A DNA stretch of 64,000 nt from Candidatus Poribacteria bacterium. GTDB taxonomy: Bacteria; Poribacteria; WGA-4E; PCPOR2b. The first letter of the stretch is position 1; each line of letters opens with the position of its first letter. Where the stretch lies: assembly GCA_965116925.1 (NCBI GenBank), contig OZ220744.1:2656001-2720000 (forward strand), written 5' to 3'. Of the stretch, positions 50,650 to 60,078 are shown one piece after another. Position numbers and translations under genes: made by a program. The notes beneath the pieces were generated by a model that was not told where the DNA came from, did no database searches, and was given only the letters and a program-made list of their open reading frames with translations.

Positions 50650-50913
50650 GTGTCAATTACAACAAAGGAATGGGTACTTGATACGGTTGCAAAACTACCA
50701 AACCCTGAGATGGGAGAACTGAAACAGTACTTGGAATATCTGATCTGGAAATCACAAAGGCCGAAAGGAAAGGGGCAACCCACACAGGTCCTAGAAGCTA
50801 TTAATAAATCGCATGACGTGACGATGGAAGATGCTCTGGCTCTGCTTGAGTCAATTAAAGAGGGGAAAACTCCCATACGATTTGATCCCCCCTTTGATGA
50901 GATTGTCCGATAA
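50650..50913 (+). CDS. Antitoxin-like small protein (DUF2281-like)
   Basis: RBS AAAGGGAG, GTG start; KLP.PE..EL..YLEYL..K; precedes PIN remnant. Confidence 0.5.
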   Translation: MSITTKEWVLDTVAKLPNPEMGELKQYLEYLIWKSQRPKGKGQPTQVLEAINKSHDVTMEDALALLESIKEGKTPIRFDPPFDEIVR

Positions 50914-51028
50914 CGATCTTTGGATAGCTGCCACTGCTATGACACTCAATGCAATTCTTGTGACTTCTGATTTAGACTTTCAGAGAATTACCGGATTCGG
51001 ATTACGACTTGAGGATTGGACAAGGTGA
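50897..51028 (+). pseudogene. Truncated VapC/PIN toxin (C-terminal third only)
   Basis: DNDLWIAATA..AILVTSD.DFQRI..LRLEDW, N-terminal acidic motif missing. Confidence 0.8.
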
Positions 51029-51111
51029 TATACTTCCAAAGCTGAAGCATTGGGATTGACCAATGTTAGCTAACAGATAGGGAGCACGTCAACTGGTATT
51101 AAATTGACAAT

Positions 51112-51539
51112 TGATTGAAAGGATTTTTTCTGGAGCAAGTTATTCTTTATGAAAAGAGTTTTAGCCGCGCTGATCGGTTGCGGGGTGGTGCTCCTGTTTT
51201 ATCGTTTGGAAGGTAAAAGAAGGTGACCTGTAATGTTTCCTGAGAACACGGAAAAGAATTTAACTGAACTTCAAGCCAATGCGGTTGAAGCCTATCGTCA
51301 ACGGCTAGCTGAAACTGTGCCAGAGGTTGAAATTCTTGACGCTTTTGCGACAGATGGTATTATCGAAGTAAAATTGAACGATGCCTCAGCACGAAAGTCC
51401 GCGACGGGAAAGCGCGTTGTGAAACTCTCAATTGAAGTGGAAGATCAGTTCAACGTGACTTTACTGCCCTATGTCGTTCCGCATGAAAACTGATTGAAAG
51501 GATTTTTTCCAAAGCAGATTACTCTTTATGAAAACAGTT
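51112..51539. repeat. 49-bp direct repeat of the nadK 5' region (51112-51160, 51491-51539)
   Basis: 42/49 identical by manual alignment, includes ATGAAAA. Confidence 0.85.
51233..51493 (+). CDS. Hypothetical protein (86 aa)
   Basis: ORF with RBS-like GAAGGTG; no recognised family. Confidence 0.55.
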   Translation: MFPENTEKNLTELQANAVEAYRQRLAETVPEVEILDAFATDGIIEVKLNDASARKSATGKRVVKLSIEVEDQFNVTLLPYVVPHEN

Positions 51540-52397
51540 GGTTTTTTCGTTAATACATCCAAACCTCACGCGCTGCAGGTTGCCACGGAGGCTTGCGGTT
51601 GGCTCAGAAAGCACGGGGTAAAGCCGCTCGTTCCCGATGCGGAAGCTGCGCTACTCGGTCTGGCAGGTGCGGGCTGTAATCGGCGTGAATTGGCTGCACA
51701 GTGTGATCTGTTATTGGTCCTCGGCGGTGACGGCACCCTTCTTGACGCTGCACATATACCCGACATCGAGAATGTCCCTATCCTCGCTGCGAATCTCGGT
51801 AGCCTCGGTTTCCTCACGGATGTTCCCCGCGACCAACTTTACGCTGCATTGACCAACGTTTTTAATGGCGATTACAAAATTGATCGGCGGATGATGTTAG
51901 AGGTCAGCGTCGATAACCATGAACAGGAGTTTGCCAATTCGTTTGCACTCAACGATGTTGTGATTCGCCACTATACGCAACTCATTGAACTGGAATCCTA
52001 CATTGACGGCGAACCATTCGTTACCTACAATGCTGACGGACTGATTATCGCTACATCAAGTGGCTCAACCGCCTATTCCTTAGCGTGCGGGGGACCCATC
52101 GTTGAACCGCATCTCAACGCAATTCTCTTGACACCGATTTCGCCGCATTCATTAACGATGCGCCCTTTTATTGCACATGGGGATTCAGAGATTACTGTCG
52201 TTATGCAATCCGATTATAGCAGTGTTACCCTGCTTGTCGATGGGGCCCGTGAGACACACACGGTTGCTCCCAATTCCTTAATTCGTGTGCGTAAAGCGGA
52301 TAAGACAATCCAGCTGATTCGTTCTCATCACCATAGCAATTATGAGGTCTTGCAGACGAAATTAATGTTGGGCGAGGGAACGAAGCGAAAAACGTGA
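51528..52397 (+). CDS. nadK: NAD kinase
   Basis: LGGDGT, GSLGFL, ALND, DGLIIAT..GSTAYSLA.GGP. Confidence 0.96.
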   Translation: MKTVGFFVNTSKPHALQVATEACGWLRKHGVKPLVPDAEAALLGLAGAGCNRRELAAQCDLLLVLGGDGTLLDAAHIPDIENVPILAANLGSLGFLTDVPRDQLYAALTNVFNGDYKIDRRMMLEVSVDNHEQEFANSFALNDVVIRHYTQLIELESYIDGEPFVTYNADGLIIATSSGSTAYSLACGGPIVEPHLNAILLTPISPHSLTMRPFIAHGDSEITVVMQSDYSSVTLLVDGARETHTVAPNSLIRVRKADKTIQLIRSHHHSNYEVLQTKLMLGEGTKRKT

Positions 52398-52430
52398 TTG
52401 GTTCATTATTGGAAAAGGATATTGCTTGCT

Positions 52431-52595
52431 ATGGAACGAAAAACTGAAGCTGAAGATGGAGTGAAAACAGAGCGACGCAAAGCGTGGGAGGTTTTTATCG
52501 CTAACAATCGCGAGAGGGAGATATATGTTGATCGGGAGATCGATATTTCCCGGCTATGCGATGAAATGAACGATATGGAAAAAGGAATAGAGTAG
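52431..52595 (+). CDS. Small hypothetical protein, possibly antitoxin-like
   Basis: Short charged ORF with acidic C-terminus. Confidence 0.35.
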   Translation: MERKTEAEDGVKTERRKAWEVFIANNREREIYVDREIDISRLCDEMNDMEKGIE

Positions 52596-52680
52596 TAGGC
52601 ATACTCCGTATGCCGTAACCGTTATGCAAATTACGGCACCCCAGCATCACCTGAAACTTGATTGTAATCATCATTACGAA

Positions 52681-52779
52681 CTGGAATGCGCCAAGCGAGC
52701 GGTGGAAATCGCGATTGAGCAGGACGAACAAACCGCGATTGACTATCTGGAAAGAGAAACGCAGGAGGTAACCGGATGA
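52681..52779 (+). pseudogene. 3' remnant resembling a restriction specificity (S) subunit C-terminus
   Basis: LECAKRAVEIAIEQDEQTAIDYLE..*; stop overlaps the ATPase ATG. Confidence 0.55.
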
Positions 52780-54080
52780 ACATCACCCAATTCACAATGG
52801 AGGAGGTACGCTGCTTTGCGGAACGGCAAGAGTTCAACATTCGCCCCCTGACGTTTTTGGTCGGAGAAAACAGTACCGGCAAGACCACAGCCTTGGGGTG
52901 TTTCCAAATATTAACTAATTATTTGAATGGTTTGGGAATAGATTTTAATTCACCTCCCTATTCAATGGGAACCTTTAGGGATATTGTCAGAAACAGCAAA
53001 AAAAAAGAAAAAGCGTTTACGCTTGGGTTTACCTTTAAAAACAAGAATGAAAATGTCGAATGTACCGTTGAATTTGTCGAAAGGAAGAGAGGGGTTGAAC
53101 CTGTCGCTAAGTTAGTAACGGTCAAATTCGCTGATGGCGAAATTGTTTTAAGTACTAATGATACGAGGGAAGTGGATAAACTTGCCTCTTTTGATAAAGA
53201 ACGGAATCAATATCGTCTGGATGTGGATTTTGCTGCTTTGAATGTCAGGCCTCCACTCTCCCTTTTAAGGCCTTTTAGTCATAAACAGGAGGGACAATCT
53301 GAAAACGAAAGGGCCTTAACGGACTATCTAGCGAAAAAGGATGAAGATACTGGAAGAAGCAGATACCAATTACGGGATATCTGGGACCCCACGTCCGTAT
53401 TTAGTAGTTCGCCTATTCGTTCGGAACCGAAACGGACCTATGATCCGACAAGGTTCTTTTACAACCCGGAAGGGGGCGACGTGCCAATGCTGTTAATGCG
53501 AATACAAGCAACTGACAAGAAGAGGTGGGAAGCCTTGAAAGCGCAGTTGGTCGAATTTGGCAAGCGTTCGGAACTGTTTCAGAACATAGAAATAAAACAA
53601 CTTGGACGGTCTTTGGGGTCCCCATTCCAACTGAAGTTTAAGGTCAGGGGACCAAGTTCCAATATCACCGATGTTGGTTACGGTGTCAGTCAAATTTTGC
53701 CAATTTTGGTGTATATTTTAGATCCCGATATTTCTGGAAATCAGATAGATTTTTACTTATTACAACAGCCTGAAGTCCATCTGCATCCGAGGGCGCAGGC
53801 AGAACTATCTTCTCTACTAGCAACATTGGCAAGCGAGGGTAATCGGACCTTTATCGTTGAAACACACAGCGACTATATGATTGATCGAGCGCGCATCGAA
53901 ATTAGAAAAGGTAATATCCGCCCTGAAGATGTGTCGTTGATATATTTGGAGCCAAAAGGGCGGGTTGTCAAGGCACATAACATCAGTTTTGATAAAATGA
54001 GTAATATGGAGGGGGTACCTCCTCATTACAGAGAATTTTTCATGACAGAATACCGCCATCTTATGGGTTTTGAGGATTGA
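52776..54080 (+). CDS. ABC/AAA_15-type ATPase (DUF3696-like)
   Basis: GENSTGKT, DVGYGVSQILP, LLQQPEVHLHP, VETHS. Confidence 0.88.
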   Translation: MNITQFTMEEVRCFAERQEFNIRPLTFLVGENSTGKTTALGCFQILTNYLNGLGIDFNSPPYSMGTFRDIVRNSKKKEKAFTLGFTFKNKNENVECTVEFVERKRGVEPVAKLVTVKFADGEIVLSTNDTREVDKLASFDKERNQYRLDVDFAALNVRPPLSLLRPFSHKQEGQSENERALTDYLAKKDEDTGRSRYQLRDIWDPTSVFSSSPIRSEPKRTYDPTRFFYNPEGGDVPMLLMRIQATDKKRWEALKAQLVEFGKRSELFQNIEIKQLGRSLGSPFQLKFKVRGPSSNITDVGYGVSQILPILVYILDPDISGNQIDFYLLQQPEVHLHPRAQAELSSLLATLASEGNRTFIVETHSDYMIDRARIEIRKGNIRPEDVSLIYLEPKGRVVKAHNISFDKMSNMEGVPPHYREFFMTEYRHLMGFED

Positions 54081-54511
54081 TTATGTGTATTATTGTGGAT
54101 GCCAATATGTTTAGTGCGTTTAGGGACCCCACCGATGAGAATATGGAACCTGTGTGGAATTGGTTAAGAAAAAAGAATGGCAAGATAGCTTACTCAAGCA
54201 CAGAGAAATTTGAAGAGGAATGGGAAAGAGGGGGAGTAACCGATTTGATAAAGCTATTAAGACAAGCTGAACAACTGAAAGAGATACCTCCCCCAAAGGT
54301 GGAAGCAAAAGAGAATGAGCTCAACCGAGAAAGAGCAATTAGGTCAAATGACCCGCATATTATCGCATTAGCCATTGTAGCAGATGTGAAAGTATTGATT
54401 TCCAATGACAGAAGATTACACGAAGACTTTAAAAATCGTAATCTGGTCGGCGGCAAGGTATACCAGACAAAAAGCCATTCGCGTCTGCTGCGTAACGATA
54501 CCTGTCTTTAG
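54077..54511 (+). CDS. PIN-domain protein coupled to the ATPase
   Basis: CIIVDAN, SNDPHIIALA, LISNDRRLHEDF. Confidence 0.75.
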   Translation: MIMCIIVDANMFSAFRDPTDENMEPVWNWLRKKNGKIAYSSTEKFEEEWERGGVTDLIKLLRQAEQLKEIPPPKVEAKENELNRERAIRSNDPHIIALAIVADVKVLISNDRRLHEDFKNRNLVGGKVYQTKSHSRLLRNDTCL

Positions 54512-54743
54512 TAGGGAACAACGATCGTTATTATCTGCAATCAACAATAAGAATCCCAACGATAAGATAAAACGTAACTGTTTGTAACTGTTTGTAATAC
54601 GATTGAAGGTCTATGACAAAACGTTTCATGCTGAAATAGGGACAATTTTCCCATTTGCGCGGGAAAATTGGGAAAATTTGATTTTCGCACGGAAAACGTA
54701 ACCTTTTTAATCTCATTTATGCTACCTTAACACCTCATCTTTT

Positions 54744-54759
54744 AACTGCGTAAGTCCTA
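54744..54759. repeat. Solo wrapper-B terminal repeat
   Basis: AACTGCGTAAGTCCTA identical to 11594-11609; no partner end seen. Confidence 0.75.
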
Positions 54760-54778
54760 CAAGAAATTAAAAGTTGCC

Positions 54779-56494
54779 ATGATTGAAGAACTGTACATAA
54801 GCAATGTTGCCCTTATTGATGAGCTTCAGTTGGAGTGTTCCTCCGGTCTGAATGTTTTCACGGGGGAGACGGGTGCGGGTAAATCGGTGATCTTAAACGC
54901 TGTGGGGCTTGCGCTCGGTGAACGTAGTAACGCTGGGCTTGTCAGAGATGGGGCGAGGAATGCCAAGATTCAGATCGCGGTTGCACTGCCCCCGGACCAT
55001 CCCGTGTGGGACGGTTTTAACGATTCCGAATTTGCTGACACTTTAGAGGCAGAGGAAACGTTGATTTTATCCCGACAGATTAATGCAAGCGGACGCAGTC
55101 GTTGCCACACCAATGGACAGTTGGTGAGCTTGACATTCTTGAGTGCAATCGGCGATCTGCTCGTCGATATTCACGGGCAGCATGCACACCAATCGCTCTT
55201 CCGGTCTGAAACCCACCTGGATCTCGTTGATACGTTCGGCAGGCATGAATCACTGAAGGCGGCAGTCGGTAAAAAGTACGACGAACTCCACGCCGCCCAA
55301 GCACAACTGGCTGATTATTCTCAAACACTTCGTGAGGCGATGCAGGAGAAGGATCTGTTAGAGTTTCAACTAGAAGAACTAGAGGATGCCCAACTCCAAG
55401 AGGGAGAGGAGGAGGAACTTGTCAACGAACGGCATCTCCTCAGCAATGCAGAAACCCTCTTTGAATCAGCCAATCAACTCTACGAGGAGCTTTATGGCGG
55501 CGACCTATCGGAATCTTCGACGCTAGACGGGCTCAAGATAGCGAGCCGTACGCTTTCTAAACTCTACGAATTAGATGGCAGCCTGTCAGAATTGAACGAG
55601 CGTTTCGAGTCCGCCCTGTACGAGTTGGAGGACATCGTCTATCAGATCCGCGATTATCGTGATAAAATTGAGTTTAATCCGCACCGCCTTTCAGAAGTTG
55701 AGGAACGGCTAGACCTCATCCATCGACTCAAGCGGAAGTACGGTGATTCAATCTCCGAGATTTTAGCCTACCAAGCGCAAGCCTCGCAGAAACTTGAGGA
55801 ACTTCAATTCGGTTCCGAGCGCATTGAAGAGTTGAAGGATCAGATTCACCTTGTGACAGAGCAAGCTCAGGAACTTGCGATTGAACTTTCCGAGAAACGG
55901 AGAGCGACTGCGACCCAACTTGAATCTCTAATCGAGCGTGAACTCCAGACGCTGGGAATGGAAAAAGCGGCTTTCCAGATCCTTGTGTCCCCTATAGAGT
56001 CCACCGAGGGCCCCTTGGAGATAGAGGGGCAACGGTATGAACTACGGACTGACGGGATGGATGAGATTGAATTCCTCATCTCTCCCAACGTTGGATCCGA
56101 ACCGAAGCCGTTGGCGAAAATAGCGTCGGGGGGGGAAATCTCTCGCGTGATGTTGGCATTGAAAACGGTGCTTGCCCAAGTCGATCTGATTCCGACGATG
56201 ATCTTTGACGAAATCGATGCAGGTATTGGTGGACGCACCGCGGATATCGTCGGCCGGAAACTAAAGGAACTGTCACGTTTTCGTCAAGTCTTTTGTATCA
56301 CGCATCTGCCGCAGATTGCGCGTTTCGCAGACCAGCATTTTCGGGTTGAAAAAGATGAGGACGGAAATCGCACAACGATCACGGCAAAACTCCTGACACC
56401 GGAAGAGCGGGTTGAGGAGGTAGCTCGGATGCACGGCGGCGAAGCGACAGTAACGACGCTCGCCCATGCGAGGGAGCTGTTGGAGGGACAATAG
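54779..56494 (+). CDS. recN: DNA repair protein RecN
   Basis: TGETGAGKS, DIHGQH, ASGGEISR, FDEIDAGIGG, ITHLPQ. Confidence 0.97.
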   Translation: MIEELYISNVALIDELQLECSSGLNVFTGETGAGKSVILNAVGLALGERSNAGLVRDGARNAKIQIAVALPPDHPVWDGFNDSEFADTLEAEETLILSRQINASGRSRCHTNGQLVSLTFLSAIGDLLVDIHGQHAHQSLFRSETHLDLVDTFGRHESLKAAVGKKYDELHAAQAQLADYSQTLREAMQEKDLLEFQLEELEDAQLQEGEEEELVNERHLLSNAETLFESANQLYEELYGGDLSESSTLDGLKIASRTLSKLYELDGSLSELNERFESALYELEDIVYQIRDYRDKIEFNPHRLSEVEERLDLIHRLKRKYGDSISEILAYQAQASQKLEELQFGSERIEELKDQIHLVTEQAQELAIELSEKRRATATQLESLIERELQTLGMEKAAFQILVSPIESTEGPLEIEGQRYELRTDGMDEIEFLISPNVGSEPKPLAKIASGGEISRVMLALKTVLAQVDLIPTMIFDEIDAGIGGRTADIVGRKLKELSRFRQVFCITHLPQIARFADQHFRVEKDEDGNRTTITAKLLTPEERVEEVARMHGGEATVTTLAHARELLEGQ

Positions 56495-56497
56495 CGT

Positions 56498-59400
56498 ATG
56501 GAAGATAGATTTATACAAGAGAGCGGTACAAATGTTTATACCGGTTGCGAATTGCTAGTCAAAGGTGCCCTCGAAGGACAGGTCAATTTGCTTACGGGAT
56601 ACCCCGGCTCACCGTTGGCAGAGGTGTTCGACGTAATGAAAGCCAACGCAGCCCTCCTCAAAGAACACGGTATCCTCGCGCAGATTGGTAACAACGAAGC
56701 CCTCAGCGTCGCAAGGCTCAACGGCTCACAGATGGCGAATTTACGCGCTGCTGCCTTTATGAAGAACGTCGGGATGCATGTGGCATCGGATGCGTTGGCG
56801 ATTAGCAATTTGGCGGGGACAACGGGCGGTGCGGTTGTCGTCGTCGGGGATGACACATGGGGATCAAGCACACAAGTCCCGGCGGATTCACGTTTTCTAG
56901 CCCGTCACCTCTACACGCCGGTCATCGAACCGAGCACATTTCAAGAGATGAAAGATTGGTTAAGTGCTGCCTTTGAAATCTCTGCCAGGTCCAATCTGTA
57001 TGTCACCTATATCGTAACGCTCAATCAGGCGGAGGGCGGCGGCAGTGTGGAATTGCGTCCGAACCGCTATCCTGAGACCTCCACGAAAAATCAGACGGTA
57101 ATCGATACGGCATTGATCAACGGTTCAAACCGGATTATTTTGCCGCCTGACACACCTCGGATTGAGATTGAAACCTTAACGGAACGATTCCCCAATGCGG
57201 TTAAGAGTGCCCGGGAACACAACCTAAATCAGATCTACTACCTGAATGACTCGGAACACGAGATCGGATTTATCGCTTCAGGGCTAGGGTATTCCTATCT
57301 CGAACACGCGCTTTACGAGCTGGAGTTCCAGGAACGGATTCCAATCCTAAAACTTGGGTTGACGCATCCCGTTGATGAAGAGATTGTGCGCGAATTTACA
57401 TCGCGTGTGCGCGAAGTCTACGTCGTTGAGGAGAAGCGACCGTTACTTGAGAAAGACATCAAGGCGATTGTTGGTCGTTTTTATCAAAATGGCGAAATGG
57501 ATCGGCTTGTGCAGGTATGGGGCAAGGAATTTCCAGATGGCTTGGAGGGAATTCCGGATTCGCTCGGACTCAACCCGACAATACTAATCCAACGACTGAT
57601 TCCGCTGCTTCGGCATAAGTTTGGGGGCAAAGATAAATCTATCGCGATTGATCCAGAGGTGTTTGTCCGTGAGGAACAACACCTCGAAGGGGTCAAGGCA
57701 CATCAAGTTGACATTCCCGCACGAACACCCACTTTCTGTCCGGGGTGTCCACATCGCGACTCTGCGAGTGTTTTCAAAGAAATTGCCGATCAATTTATGG
57801 ATACGAAATATATGGAGCGGCACCACGCACGGTCTCCCGTTGACCTCGTCTTTCATGGAGACATCGGCTGTTACTCAATGCTGAAATACGAGCCGTTTCC
57901 GCGCTTGATGCACAACCTCTCGGCAATGGCACTCGGCGGCGGGGCAGGCGCCGGGATCGATCCGTTTATCACGAACAAGCAGATTGTCTTTATGGGGGAT
58001 TCCACGTTCTTCCACGGCGGGATGTCGGCGATTTCCGATTCGATTAAAAATGGGCAGGATCTCACCTACGTCATTTTGGATAATCAGACGACTGGGATGA
58101 CAGGGCATCAACCCACACCATCGACGGAAGACGACATCCTCGGCAATCCAACGTTTGCACAGGACATTGAAAAGGTTGTCGAAGGACTTGCGGGCGATGC
58201 AGATCTTTTTATCATCCGCACCAACCCGGAGAATCGTGTAGAGTACCAGAAACTGGTCGAGGAGACGATTCTCAAGCCGGGTGTCAAAATTCTCATCGCC
58301 GATAAGGAGTGCGGCATCACCTATCACCGTCGGCTGCGACGTGAACACCAGCTAACAATCAAAGAACGCGGCTTTCTATCGGTCGAAAAACATATAAATA
58401 TCACCCCGGAAGTCTGCGAATTCTGCCTTGAGTGTACCAACGCAACAGGTTGTCCCGGCTTGAAGATAACCGAAACGGACTATGGACCGAAGATTGGAAT
58501 CGATCAGTCGAACTGTGTATCCGATGGTGCTTGTGCGCGGATCAAGTGGGCGTGTCCCTCCTTCGAGGAGGTGACAGTCACCCGCAAACGTCCACCACGT
58601 CAACCGGTGGATTTGGATGTCATGTCATCCGATTCTGCGGAGCTTTTACCACCACCGGCACGAACGTTCGACCAGACATGGAGCGTCCATGCCGCAGGCG
58701 TTGGCGGGATGGGGATTGGTACAATCTCCAAGGTTCTGGTACTTGCAGGACGGGCGCAAGGGTATCATGTAAAGTTTTTCGACAAGAAGGGATTGGCAAT
58801 TCGTAATGGGGGGGTTTACACAAACCTTATTTATTCAAAGACAAAAGTAGAGCTCTCCCCGATTATTCCGTATGGGAAAGCAGATCTACTGCTCGGCATG
58901 GATATGCTGGAAGCGGTGCGTGGTCTTGATACGAAAGCTGGATTCTGTGTTGCGTCACCCGATCGAACAGTTGCCATCGTTAATACTGCTAAAACAGATA
59001 CGGTGACGACCCTCATCGGTCAGGACGATTTCAAACTCGCGGATTTAGAGAACTGGTTACAGCACTACACCGACGCAGATGCCTATTTTGGGGCGGATGT
59101 GTTCGAGATTTCCGAAAGGTATCTCGGAAATAAACTCTATGCCAACATGATGCTGCTCGGTGCTGCTTTTCAACGAGGGCATCTGCCACTTGAACTTGAA
59201 GCCATTCAATCGGCGTTAAAATTGGCGGTAAGACCCGCGGACTTAGAAACGAACCAACGCGCTTTTGACATGGGCAGACGCCTCGCTGTGGATCCAGACG
59301 CTTTTGCGACGGTATCGCAGCGGCAAACGTACAAAACTTTACTCCGAGAGAAATACGAAAGTTTAGCCCGTAAGCGGCGCGGTGAAGCACTCGCTCACAA

Positions 59401-60052
59401 ATATGAAGTGCTTGTTCAACAGACGGTGGAAAAGCTGGAATTGGACGACGAAACCAATCGAAGTTTTGCGTTGTATGTGTATGACCTCATCCAATTTGAG
59501 GATTTGGAGTATGCGTGTCTATACGTTGAAAAGATTAAAGGGGTCCATTCCAAAGATTTGGCTGATATGGCCTACCGTGCAACGAAAGCTGCGATCAAAT
59601 ATCTGCATAAGGTTATGCTCATCAAGGACGAAGTGTATGTGGCTCATCTGCTGACCAACGAGACTAAATTAAGGCGTGACAAGGAGTTGTACAACGTTGA
59701 TGAATCGAATGGGGATAAAATTAAGTACGTCCACCTCAACCGGCCCCGTTTCACTATTATGGGTCGAGATCTTCAGTGGGACATGAATACCAAAAACTGG
59801 CAGCTAAGATTAATGAAACGGATGCGGTTCCTCAGACGTTTGCTATCGCAATGGCATAAACTAGAAAAAGTATTCCGAGATTGGTATATCGCTGAAGTGA
59901 TTGATACCTTTGCGCCACACGATAGAGAGAGCTATGAAGATCATGTCAGTGCGATAGAGGTGCCTGAAGAGGTACGTGGATATCGAGAGGTGCGTTATCC
60001 AAAGATGGAAAACGCTAGAAAAAAAGTTGAAGCACTGTTACGGAACGCGTAA
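56498..60052 (+). CDS. Indolepyruvate ferredoxin oxidoreductase family, fused alpha+beta
   Basis: GYPGSP, FCPGCPHR, GDIGC, GDSTFFH, DN.TT.MTGHQP, GVGGMG, IKDEVYVA, RGYREVR. Confidence 0.9.
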   Translation: MEDRFIQESGTNVYTGCELLVKGALEGQVNLLTGYPGSPLAEVFDVMKANAALLKEHGILAQIGNNEALSVARLNGSQMANLRAAAFMKNVGMHVASDALAISNLAGTTGGAVVVVGDDTWGSSTQVPADSRFLARHLYTPVIEPSTFQEMKDWLSAAFEISARSNLYVTYIVTLNQAEGGGSVELRPNRYPETSTKNQTVIDTALINGSNRIILPPDTPRIEIETLTERFPNAVKSAREHNLNQIYYLNDSEHEIGFIASGLGYSYLEHALYELEFQERIPILKLGLTHPVDEEIVREFTSRVREVYVVEEKRPLLEKDIKAIVGRFYQNGEMDRLVQVWGKEFPDGLEGIPDSLGLNPTILIQRLIPLLRHKFGGKDKSIAIDPEVFVREEQHLEGVKAHQVDIPARTPTFCPGCPHRDSASVFKEIADQFMDTKYMERHHARSPVDLVFHGDIGCYSMLKYEPFPRLMHNLSAMALGGGAGAGIDPFITNKQIVFMGDSTFFHGGMSAISDSIKNGQDLTYVILDNQTTGMTGHQPTPSTEDDILGNPTFAQDIEKVVEGLAGDADLFIIRTNPENRVEYQKLVEETILKPGVKILIADKECGITYHRRLRREHQLTIKERGFLSVEKHINITPEVCEFCLECTNATGCPGLKITETDYGPKIGIDQSNCVSDGACARIKWACPSFEEVTVTRKRPPRQPVDLDVMSSDSAELLPPPARTFDQTWSVHAAGVGGMGIGTISKVLVLAGRAQGYHVKFFDKKGLAIRNGGVYTNLIYSKTKVELSPIIPYGKADLLLGMDMLEAVRGLDTKAGFCVASPDRTVAIVNTAKTDTVTTLIGQDDFKLADLENWLQHYTDADAYFGADVFEISERYLGNKLYANMMLLGAAFQRGHLPLELEAIQSALKLAVRPADLETNQRAFDMGRRLAVDPDAFATVSQRQTYKTLLREKYESLARKRRGEALAHKYEVLVQQTVEKLELDDETNRSFALYVYDLIQFEDLEYACLYVEKIKGVHSKDLADMAYRATKAAIKYLHKVMLIKDEVYVAHLLTNETKLRRDKELYNVDESNGDKIKYVHLNRPRFTIMGRDLQWDMNTKNWQLRLMKRMRFLRRLLSQWHKLEKVFRDWYIAEVIDTFAPHDRESYEDHVSAIEVPEEVRGYREVRYPKMENARKKVEALLRNA

Positions 60053-60078
60053 GGTTTTCACGTTCCACTTCATACACC

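Larger units (their letters stand above)
50466..51221. repeat. 64-bp direct repeat of the DUF368 3' end (50466-50529, 51158-51221)
   Basis: 61/64 identical by manual alignment. Confidence 0.92.

Noticed and set aside
54553..54577. GTAACTGTTT tandem 10-mer
   Set aside because: Only about 2.4 copies and no supporting context
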